DNA of 60,000 bases from Botryllus schlosseri (lineage: Eukaryota): assembly GCA_051294905.1 (NCBI GenBank), contig CM119372.1, positions 21,206,001-21,266,000 of the forward strand, given 5' to 3'. The notes below the pieces were generated by a model, which made no database searches, had not been told where the DNA came from, and saw only the letters and a program-made list of their open reading frames with translations. Of the stretch, positions 36,301 through 48,300 are shown piece after piece (the first letter of the stretch is position 1; every line of letters begins with the position of its first letter). The translations under genes were made by a program, and so were the position numbers.

Positions 36301-39300
36301 TACTTCTATGCATTAATTCAAAGTATTTGTCAGTCATCGTAACACCGCTCATATTGCGCGCTATCTATTTATTTCACAGATAACGAATTACTCCTGCTTT
36401 TATCAGAGGATACTTTTCTAGGATTTGCCTACTAACAGTACTTAGTTTAGATTAATAAAAGTATAGTGATTGAAAATAGATCACTGGATTATAGTTTACA
36501 GAAAACTCCACAATTCTATGTGACGTCCTTGCATACCAACAACCTTCGAACTATTCGCCGCCTCATAAACACTTGAGTAGGCCTACATCTGATGCGTGAG
36601 GGGAAAACATAGTTAAATTTTCATATGCATCTAGTTTCCAACTCTGAAAGCAAGCTTAGTCTATGATCATTCGCGTACCATTAGTATTCATTTTACAAAA
36701 ACGTCGTGTAAAGGTAAAATACTTGTTCATTTCGGAGTACTCAAGTATCAGTTTTGTCAGCTTATTATATGCTCAGTATATTATACGTCACAAATTGTGG
36801 AGCATTTATGTGAGTGCTCTAGGGTGCTCTTCATTGAGTGTTCGTGGTGGGTGATAAGTTTAATTTGCAAAATTAGCGTGTTCAAATCAGGCCTGTCGCC
36901 AACATAGTGATGTCGCATTAGCCCTAAATACACATAATAGAATATAAAGGAAAAGTATCATCTAACGTATAATGAACGTTATCTATTTCTCGGAAGCAAG
37001 TTATTATCAAAACATAGTGGTCAAAATTATCGCAGAGCAATACCGATTTGCGTAAATTCCGTTATGCGTCTGACTACGTTACTAGGGATTATGTAGTTAG
37101 TTAAGGAATTAGGAGTCCTATATTCCCAATCGGTATGGAACAACATCAAAATCATCACAAAGCAATATCGACTTTTGCGTGAATTCTGCTATGCGTTTTA
37201 CTACGGTAGTATGCGCAGCTGCTTACAGGTGTCCAGACGTGGACTTTCTACTATATTCGCTCCTAACATTATAGCAGCACCCGACGCAGCTTACATTATT
37301 ACGTTATAAGACGTCGGCGGCGTTTCACTGTCGGTTTATTCACCCTTATTCTAGTGACATGAAAAGGACTGAACCGTATGAAATGTGGTCACTACAAGAA
37401 TCGAGCGAAAGCGCTGTTTCAATCCGTCTTGCATCGGTCACGATTAGTTTTACTTTTCAACTAACTTGGTGTCTGTCGTTATATTCATTAGACTCGCTTT
37501 CATGCGGCTAATTTGGCACTATCATTATAACGTCGGGGATCGCGTACCTGCGGCGAAGGTGTTCGTTCTTTATATTTTGTGAAGTAGAGAGTAGTTTAAG
37601 GTTATGTTTGTCTAACCTTGACGAGTGCTATTGTCACACTCGATCACCATATTTAAATCATGGACATCTCAATGATGTTGACTAAATTTACGGCTTCAGA
37701 ACGTGCTAATTAGACCTAATCGTTATAACGCTGGGGTTCGCGTACAGGCATCGAAAGTGTTTGTATAAATAAAGCCCTGCGAATCGCACGCCTGCGGCTA
37801 TAGCTCGTTCGATTATTTTCACCTTGGGATTCGCGTATATGCTACTAAGCTGTTACGACTTTAGAAAATTCTGCAAGACTATTCGGAACGCGCACATGCG
37901 AGTGATTTGTTTCCGTACCTCCGAACTGGAGAATCGCTTGCCTGGGTCTAATGAAAATAATTCGTAAAATGTGGGGCTGCAGAGAGCGTAACTTGTATAC
38001 ATAAAATCAAGTTTAAAAATATGGAAGGATGAGTTATCTCTGACCAATAGAGTAATATAACCGCCTATAGTTTAGTGGGGTATTGCTATAATGTATATCC
38101 AAACAATCGTTGCAGACTCTGAATGTTACCTGGGTCCTTATCGCAAAAAATCATGCATCAGAAGCGTAGGGATTCATATTATCAAGTCGCAGCGCTCAAA
38201 ATCGGATTTTATATTACGTAATTAGTGATGATGTGTAGAATTTTGATATTAATAATATTATCCGGAGAATATAGCCTTGCATAGACATCATAGTTTTCGC
38301 ATTTATGTATAATCTGAATAGGAATTTAAATACATAGTCCTAAATACACATAATAGAAAATCTGTCGATTCTAGCTAAGGTAAGATTTGACGCGGCAATC
38401 ATAAGTCGTAAAATGTGGAAACTGCAGAAACCGTAACTTGTACACATAAAATAAAGTTTAAAAAATATGGACGGATGATATTAGTCCTAAATACACATAA
38501 TACAATATCTGAGAAAAGTATCAAGATGCGGCAATCAATGCAGCGATGATATAGCAATGGATGGATGATGTGGCACTATAGGCGTGGCGCTTGATGATGT
38601 GGCACAGATGACGTAGCAGATGAATGTACCCTTAGGGCATGAAAATGGGCGTGGCAATTAGGATGACGTGGCGCTCTCTGATTGGACGGTAACAAAGTTC
38701 CTTAGCCTCACTACTGATAGGCCTATACTTAACAACATTTTGTTCAGGTATGCAAAAAATTGGCTGCTATGTAGCTTAAGCTATCAAGTGTCTCATTAAA
38801 AAGGCAACTTTTTTCGCTCGTTTTGCTTTCAATTATGTCACTAAAACCCTTCTCGGCCAAACAACGTTGCTGGGAATTTGAACAAAAACGTCTACCAGTG
38901 CTTGGATAACCAGGTCTTAAAATCTGTTCTGCATTCCTATCCAAAATACAGCGTATTTTTCGCGAGTGAAAAATGCTTGCTGGCAGAAATCGTATTTGAG
39001 AGCTGACACAAAGGTCCCGCGAGGCTCCAGTTTGTCGAAAGGATGAAAAACCCACATGTTTGTGTTGAGGCTTCTGCTTTATTTCTTTGTAACATAAGGT
39101 GCAAAACGATCAGGGAGAGTAGGCACATTAGAGCTCGCTACCTCATGATACGTTGCTCCAACTTCTTTCTCGCAAGTTTATGAAAAGAGCAAATAACTCA
39201 CGCTACTCTGTGTTCTACTCTTTAGCTCAATCTAACTTGAGACTTCATGACAGTTTAATAACGGTAAAGAAGCTTTTAGACTACCACCAAAATCTGAGTT

Positions 39301-42300
39301 TTTGTGGCATCTCGCGACCCCAGCCTCACCCATGAAAATGAATTGATTTTTAATATTACAGTTGTATGCTACGATTTTACCGGCATGTATGAAATACGGA
39401 ACGCGCACACCACAATTCTACCCAACACAGCTCTACAAAACATTTTTAAATTTTAAATTTAATTTAAATTTTAAATTAGGGCGAATTCAATTCCTCTGCG
39501 TATCGCTGTTGTACCACTGTCTACTCAGATTGCAAGAACGGGACTATTCCGTGCCGACAACGGAGCATATCCAATCCATCTCGAAAAATTTGACCATCCA
39601 GCATCGGTCATTTTTAGAACGAGGTTTTGTCGCCGCTTATGTTTTTGGCACCGCATTTTATCAGCGGTTTGTTCGCCAAAACTTTACGTCTTCATGTGCC
39701 CCGACGCAGAAGGGGTTGGCCTCGAAATGAATGAGTCACATAGGCCTAAACTCGCTCGTTGCACACCCCTACAGTAACTCGTTCATCCCAACGGTCTTCG
39801 GCCATGTTTTCCAGAAAAAACAGTCGGACAAATCTTATCATGAATTCCCATGATAAAGCCATATTTCATGCGTGGCTCGCTTATTGACTACAGTACCCAA
39901 CACAGTGATCTTCTATATGTAAAAACTATCGCATGCATATTAACAGATAGCTCTGGCACCGTGTCGACCCAAAATTATACCCTTTGCGGTCCACACTTTA
40001 ATAACCCTTGAAGGGGTAAAAATTTGCGTTACAGTAACTCGCAGATGAGAGTCTGTAATGATGGTATTTACTACTATCCTCGTGCCTCGCGCAAATCGAA
40101 CCGTTATTACAAAAATATGATGATTGTTTAGCGAAAGAAAGCAGAAAGTCAATTTGGCGTGATTTTTCTAGCCGGTCGTAGGCTCGGACGAGCTGATATA
40201 CTGTATGTCTGCCACTATAGAGATTGTAGATCTGTACTGCCACTATACACCAGCTTCCAAACCAGGCTTTTGGTTACGTAATAATTTGACTGCGGGAATA
40301 CTAATTCACTACGGCATGTGAGAGGTACGATTAGTGGTGCGTCGTATTAAGTTTTTACAATTGCGTCGCAACTACAAAAGTTACACTGATCTTAAATTTC
40401 CTATTAGGTTTATTTGAATTATTTCGCGTCAGAAAAGTTAACAATTACTCAAGATTTTCATTAGCACTTGATCCGGATTTTCATTCGTACCATTTGCACT
40501 ACCTTTGTCATTCGTTGTTGATCCGGATTTTCATTCGCACTATTCGCACCACCTTCGTCATTCGCACTGTACTTATTTTCATTCGCACTAGTGCGAACCG
40601 TCACACAGGTTGAAAAGCACTGTCTTAGACTATATGTGACGATTTCTGTTTGTGACGTCAATGTGCAACTTTCTCGTTGCGTGATTGAAGAAATCGATAT
40701 TGATCTTTGAAAAACATCGGATGTTACTATTCTGGTTGGATTTATATTCAAGAATACTGCTCAACTGTATTCTACCTGAAACTTACGATTATTTTCGATG
40801 TACACGTCATTTCGTAATTGATTTCAGACATTCGAGTCATTGCCAGACATATGAACTTGAATTTAGGCATGATATCAAATGAATTTGGGATTAATATTTA
40901 CCAGCTCACATGTGCGCACACTGTGGACATTGGACAATCTCAATTTTAGTATTGAGTGTGTCCCCGTATTTGCTGTCCCGCAGGGTCTTAAAACCAGTCC
41001 ATAAAGGCTCCATAAAGGCAACAGCTATGCCTGTTCATATTAAGCATAAGCAGATAAGCATATTACATATCAGTTTACGAGGCAGGGTGTGTTTTGTTCT
41101 TGGCATTACGTGTTTTCTGACATCGTGAGGTGTTGCATATGCTCAAATCCACTCACATATGGCGATCGGGCTATACATATTCGTAACGATGCCTTCATCT
41201 GACAGGCCAAGTCGGTAACGTTATCACTAACCGCAACGTGGATAGACTGGAGTTTGAAAGACTTGTGGTGAGCTGTCGTCGATTGTTTCATGCTGGATAT
41301 AGTAATATCAATCGCAAAATTTTCCTAACAGATTCTTCTTGAGCCTTTGAATCATTGCATATGTTCGAGATTTAGGTGATAATGTCGACATGAAAAAACG
41401 TTATGATTCCATTGTTATATCACTGGCTTCTAGTTCACTAGTTCCAATATATTTTCTTCCATATATCTCATATCTAGGGAGTTTGGAATTAGAATGCAGA
41501 CACCTAGGCATTTGTAGCGATTATTATCCAGACTACAACGATAATTATCCAAACTACAACGCGTTGCACGTAAGTTCGCGACAGAGTTCACGTCTGCTTT
41601 CAGGATAATGCCAAAGTATTCATGAAAACCAAGGGGGTTTCGAAAGATATGCAAAATCGGATATTGCGCTGGTACGACTACTCGTGGTCTCGGGGAATCT
41701 TACGTGGAGCGGCTGATGTCAATGCTCTCGGAATGATACCCGACACTCTGAAAGTGGAGCTAGCCATAAGAGTCAATATGGACACATTGCGAAAAGTACG
41801 TATCCGGATTTGCGAATACGAATACGAAAACATTATGTTAAGCGCTTGATGCAATAATTGTCGGTTGAATTTCGCCATTTTACGTCACGGAAGTTCTAAC
41901 TTGCTAATCAGATTGTTTCGAGACAAATTCGACCATAGTCTAACTTCGAATAAATGATGACCTATATAAAGTGCACGTCTAGATTTCAAGTCACGAAATT
42001 AATTTATTCGCGTGAGCCGACATACATCACACCCCTCGAAATTTGTGATAAACGGTTATAGGTGTAATGCATACATACCGCGTCAATTTGTGGAATTTTG
42101 AACAGTAGTATGGGATCAATGCAGAAAAACCGCTTTGCATTTGAACTGTTGCGAAATTTCTGAGAGCAAATAATATAATGTAGCTAGTAGCGCATCCATC
42201 TCATGTCGGCATTGGTACGCTGTATCTCTTTCAGAGACTTCTACGCACTTAAAAAAACGTTTACATTTCGTCAGGTTTCAATATTCAAGCTGGTACAGCC

Positions 42301-45300
42301 GGAATTTTTGTACGCGCTAGTGTTGAAGATGAAATCGTTCGTATTCACGCCGGGAGATCTGATTTGCAGGAAAGGAGAAGTGGCGAGAGAAATGTTCATA
42401 ATAAATCACGGCGTTCTCAACGTTGTCAAGTGAGGCTAACCTGTTTTCACTATAGAACAGGTTCGAATCGATCATTGTCAATTGCGGGAATACACATCTT
42501 CTCTCCTGTCAACATGTCGATAGAACCGCTAAACAGCGATTGCTTTCGGAAATGACAGTGGATCTATTTGCCTCATGCCCCATTCATTATGTTGGAAATG
42601 AGATGTCATGTAATCTTTTTGTTGAAAGCTTATTGTCATTGTGTATTTCAGTCAGTCGCAATCTCCATGATCTTGATATTCTGTAATAACATTATACAAG
42701 ACAGCAGAGGTGGTTAAAGTAATCAGTGATGATACTCAAATAGAGGTAAAAGTGACGCCGTAAATTTCTACTCAATTAAAAGTAGAAGTAGTGGTTCCGA
42801 AGATATGTCGGAACTATTTCACGTGGAAGTAAAATGAAGGTAAAAAACACTGCGAGAGGTAGAATCACGGAATGTCCTTCGACAAATTACAGACGACTTC
42901 CATGCACGCGCTCTTCCACCATCATCAGTCTCTCTCGCTTTTTATACGCGCGTAAATTGGTCTTAACTGCCGACAGTCTTAGCGCGGCTCACCATCACTC
43001 TGGGCTTTTTGAAACACTGCTAAGGCATAGCGAGGATAGCGAATTTCACTCGTGAAAGTGGGCAAACATATCGCTGAGCTATTTCTTCTTTTTTACAAAA
43101 TCCGATGCATTAAATGTAAGTATAGTTTGCCTAAAATATTAAGTAAAAGTAGTCGTAATATAAAATCGTAAACACTTGAGTAAGTACTGCATAATGGCAA
43201 AAATACAGAAATTACAGAAAAGTAAAGTTACTTCGTTACTGTCCACCTCTGCAACATGGAGCATTAAAGTATACGTGAGGTAGAGTTGCACTTAAAACAA
43301 ACTGTGTTTTAAACAGAGGCCTTTAAAAAATTTGTGTTTTTTTAAGTTGTAAAATTATACCATGATTGTGTAAATACTTTCCAAAAAACAGCATGTTGTA
43401 TTAGTCAACGGACAATTACCACTCGTTATAGCCGCCGTATGTCGATATGGGATGGTTGGAACCCTCAAAATAGTCGGTTTAACATTAATAGTACAGATAT
43501 TTGGTCAAAGGAGCTTTATTTACCCTATATTTTCAATCCACTATGACGTCATGGCTTAAAAAAACAAATAAAACAATTTAAAACATGTTTTAAATTAAGG
43601 CCTTGTTTTAAACACGTTTGCTTTGATTTTTGTTTTAAATGCAACCCCACGTGGTGGCGTTCGATTGATCGTGACGAAGTTTAGGCTACTATTTCGACAA
43701 GGTCCTTGATGTCGATTAGGACGAACCCATATTTCAGTGACAGCGGTCAAGTGGTAGCAAGTCTCGGGGCTGGCGACTTTTTCGGCGAAATAGGCGTGCT
43801 GAATATCGTAAATGGTGTTAACAAGCGTGTCGCTGACGTCGTGTCGGTCGGATATTCCGAAGTCTTCTCGTTGGCCGGAAAAGATGTGCTTAAAGCAATG
43901 GAATACTATCCTGGTAATGGTTATACCTCTCTATATAATTAACATACCTGAAAATGTTTCATCTGTTTGATCACCAGAAGCGAAGAATTTGCTGATGATA
44001 TATGGTCGGCAGAGATTCAATCAAACCCAAAACTCTGATAACCTAGGACCAGCAGAAACTGCCAATGGAATATCTGCCAATGCGAAAAGATTTTCGAGGT
44101 AAAATGTCGTGTTATATTATAATTAATCATCCCTCGCTCAAGCATTCCCTCAAACAGCTCTTCCGGTTCTGAAACATCGCTTTTTAGCGAAAGGATAAGA
44201 AATAGTCTGAATGATGAGAGGGGCGTGCGGAAAAAGGCAAGTGCCAGGTAAATGGGGGTTTCTTCCTTGATAAATCTAAGCGAATTCCAAGTCAGGTTGA
44301 CGCCTTCAAAGTGAGTAAACAAAAGGCCACTTACAAATTGGAAATTAAGAATACTTCTGGGATCCGTGGTTTGAGAAAGACGCGATTCTAAGGACGGAGA
44401 TAATAAAGTTAGCTGATCCGGAAGAATGCTAATCATGTGATTAAGTACTGTTAATCGCGACGCATAAAGTTGGAAAAGGTTAAGCGCGATGATTATAGTC
44501 GAGGTGTCCCGAGTTTTCAATCAAGTGGGGTTATCTGTTGCATCATAATCCAAAAACAATATGTTGAATGAAACAGCAGCTTGCTGATAACGATACTGCA
44601 ACTGTTAATAGGAAAGTACGGTTCAGCTAAGAAACGGATAATAGAATATTCATATCGCTCTGAAATGGTGAGTACATACTTCGTTTATTATTTAGTGAAG
44701 CCATTACCCAGAAGGCAATCAGCACGGTCATTATCGGAAATACTTTCGCGTAGAAAAGGTACACAGTTTTTATAGATAACTAATTGACTATAGTTATCTG
44801 TAGTTAGTTCCGGTTTGTTGAATTATGAGATTAAAACTAACTTTATGCGCTGCGATCAACCGGTTTCCTTAATCCTGGGTTGAAAAATCCTGACGAACGT
44901 GATAATCGACTTTATTGCTAATCCAACTCTATTATCTCCGTCCTTATCTAATCTAGTCCCGCCTCGACAGACTTGGCGCTGTACTGCTATAATGCGAAAT
45001 TCAGATCATTTATAAATCTTCACACCTGTTCAGTTCAGGTTAGGTGGCGAGATAGCGTAGTGGCTTAATCCACAGCTGCAACACCAATGAATGAGTTCGA
45101 GTCCTTCCGAGGTCGACTCCAGTATTCCTACCTAAGCGTTGGAGTTTTATCTAGAATCCTCCTCGCCATCTGATCCGTGTAAGCGGTGTCTAATAAAAAT
45201 AGCCTATAGAAGTGGGCCGTGCTACAAGTCGGCGTAGCTACGGAATAAAAATGAAACAAACACCACGAATACCACAAAACAACATGTTCAGATTACCATT

Positions 45301-48300
45301 CAGATATCGCCTATACCAGGGGTGCGCATTTGTGCGTCTTGTATGGCCCACGATAAAGGGCCAATTTAAAATCAAGTTCGACCCGCGAAATGGGTTTCTA
45401 GTTTAGCTTGGTCTGGTACGTTTGAGCTAAGCTCCGGTGGGCTAAGAGAAGAGCCACAATAACATTAAAATATGCATATGTTGAGTTAGCACATGATTTA
45501 GTTACGATGTTTTAGTTCTTCTCGCCATTTACCTTCACGGCTATAGTGTGTATTACGATCTCGGATTGTATTGTAAATTAATATGTCTCGCCATCGCTGT
45601 ACCAATTTCAGTGAGAGACTGGGCCATGAAACAAATAGAAAGGTTATGCGTGACCCGCTTTTTCACGGCGTTATTTATGTCTGACCACCTTAAAAAACGG
45701 TCACACAAATGCCCACACCTGGCCTGCGGTACATAATATATTTTGATTGATTGAATGATTGATTGATTGATTTTGAGTAGGGCGTGTAATTATACAAATT
45801 TATGACTATAGATAATGCAATTTCACAATAGACATCATGTACTGTATTGTTGGACGAACAAGCTGATGGTGGCCTGGATCTCGCTATCGCGACTATAGGA
45901 ACAATCATTGTATGAAATTTTAAGCAACTGAAAATTAGGGAATCAGCGGTGTGATTATTACCCAGTGCTTAATCTGAATCCAATCAAGTCACACGGTTAC
46001 CGGCTTTGCTGCAGGAGTCGACGATAGGTCCATTTAAAACGAGGCTTTTAGAAGTGGTTCGTTATTGGTTGTTATTCAATAGATCAGAATGTAATCGATT
46101 GCTTCTGCCATCAAAAGTCCGGTACATCCGGTATATCAATGATTATATATTTCATGTTTTGCCATGGTTTTGCTCATTTTATATCTTATTATAGGCAGTG
46201 ATCGGATTCAATTTTTTTCGCGGACGGCGCTATCACATACATCCTATTTTCAGACGGTTCAGTTACAAAAAGCGATTAATAGTGCTAACCGATTTGCTGA
46301 TCTCATAAATGTGAGATGGTGCTGTAGAATCGGCTGAATCCAACCACTGATTTCAACGTGATAATGCGGACTCCATAATTGTAATCATAATAAGAGGTTT
46401 TATTATTTATACCCATTCTAGATACACTAGACCAGTGGTGGCCAACCTTTTTGCCATTCATGGACACATTTCGCCTACTCATGTAGTCTACGACCGCATT
46501 CCAGGGCATAGTCGTAATGAGCTAGCTGGACGTCAATTCCTCATGTTAAAGTGTCCATATTCATTTCCGGTGAACTCCGGACTAATCTATTTAATGACAT
46601 AGGCTCACTATACGCACCGAAATCGCGAGTGATCACTTGTCATGTTATGGGATTGTGCGTAGTCGCGCCAAGCGCGAATTCTGTTTTTTTTTTCAGATTC
46701 GCTTGTGATTTCCGCCATTAATATTAGTAGTTGTACATCTTACTATCAAACATGTATATCCTTTCTCAGTCCATGTGATCAGATTCACCGGTAGAGTTGA
46801 TGGAGGCGGTGGTTTCGAAAATTTAGGGCAAGTTACAAATGATGATGCATCTTCGGGGGGTCAACCGTTTTTAGTCACTTTGTTGCACGCTGTTATTTCT
46901 TGACCTCCCATCAGGATTGTCGGTATAGTGAGGAGCACACGATTACGAGTTGGTATTTCTATATGAGGCTAATCATTGGCGCTTCTTCGATATACGCCCC
47001 AGATCGAAACACTGCTTCACATGTAACCAGCAAGTGTTTCCCATGAACACGATCGAATTTTATAAACGTCAAAATAAATTGTTTTTTTTTGTCTGCGGAT
47101 TGACGGATATTAGGGTTGGATGCGGGTTAGGGTAAAAGTTAGGGTCAGGGTATCCCAAGATTAGGTTTGGGGGAGGGGGTATTAAGGTAGGAGGAGGAGA
47201 GGATATTGGGGTTGGGGGTAGGGGGATATTAGGGTTGGGGAGGGTTGATGTGGGTTGGGGTATTCCGAGATTAGTGTTGGGGAAGGGGGATATAAGGGTT
47301 AGAGGTGGGTTAGGGTCAAAGTTGGGGTTAGGGTATCCAAGATTAGAGTTGGAGGATATTATGGTAGGGAGGGTGTGGGATATTAGGGTGGGATATCGTG
47401 TCCCTCACCCCATACCTAATCTTGGGATACCCTAACCCAGCTCTAACCCTAACTCTAACCTCCTCCCCTAATATCCCCCCCTTCCCAACCCTAATATCCA
47501 TCATTCCTCGAACCCCAATGTCCGCCCTCTCCAACTCTAATATCCACCCTCTCCAACTCTAATATCCCCCTCTCCTGCAACCCTAAAATCGTCCCTCCCC
47601 AGCCCTAATATCCCCCTCTCCTCCAACCATAATATCCCCCCTTCCACAACAAAAGCAAAAAACAATTTATTTTGACGTTTATAAATTTTATTGTGTTCAT
47701 GTGAAACATTTCTTGGTGTCATGGGGAACACTGTTTCGATCTGGGGCGTAAAGATCGAAGAAGCGCCTAATCAATTTCCTCTGCTGTACGCATCCGTACT
47801 GTGAGAGAGAGAGAAAGAGAGAGAGTCTTTATTTTCATCCAACCAAAATACATAACAAACAGACGGCAATGATGGTGGGTGGTACAGAAAATATACGTGC
47901 ACACAGTGCACAGTATTCGGTATCAAATAGGAATGATCTTGTGGCGAAATAGCGTATAGTGGTAGCCTATAATCCACGGCTGCAACACCAATGGGTTGAA
48001 AGTTAGGCTCGACTCCGACGGAGATCGACTCTCTACCTAAGTGTTGGAGGTTTATCTAGGCTCCTCCTCGCCATCTCATCCGTGTGAGCGGTGTCTTATA
48101 TAAGCCTAAGAGTGGGCCGTGCTACAAGTCGGCAGCTACGGAATAATAACAAAGTCAAATTGGCCGGGTGCTATAGAAACGATGCTCACCAAATTTGGTT
48201 CAATTCTAACCAGTGGAAGCGGAGGTATTGCCGTCGAAAAATTTTGATTTGAATAAAATAGTATTTACGGTGAGCACAACTATAATAAATAAACAAAGAA

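Larger units (their letters stand above)
23112..38715. mobile_element. 15.6-kb fully palindromic non-autonomous Polinton/Maverick-like element
   Basis: Left arm 23112-30933 is the reverse complement of right arm 30951-38715 (mirrored ORF pairs); termini AGTAGT...ACTACT; 6-bp TSD GATAGG (23106-23111 and 38716-38721); no long ORFs. Confidence 0.85.
23005..40622. mobile_element. About 2-kb hAT-type element split by the giant palindrome
   Basis: TIR CAGTGCTTTTCAACCT / AGGTTGAAAAGCACTG; exact 8-bp TSD TCTTAGAC (22997-23004 and 40623-40630); TTCGCAC subterminal repeats at both ends. Confidence 0.9.

Noticed and set aside
23112..38715. Palindrome as a sequencing or assembly fold-back artefact
   Set aside because: It has an exact 6-bp TSD, element-type termini, an intact split host hAT element on both sides, and arm-specific substitutions plus a 57-bp indel; read-level confirmation is still desirable
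38716..40622. hAT transposase gene in the remainder of the host element
   Set aside because: Only short ORFs with no recognisable BED, DDE or dimerisation motifs; treated as non-autonomous
47235..47731. Gly-rich ORFs
   Set aside because: Translation artefacts of the G-rich telomere-like foldback repeats
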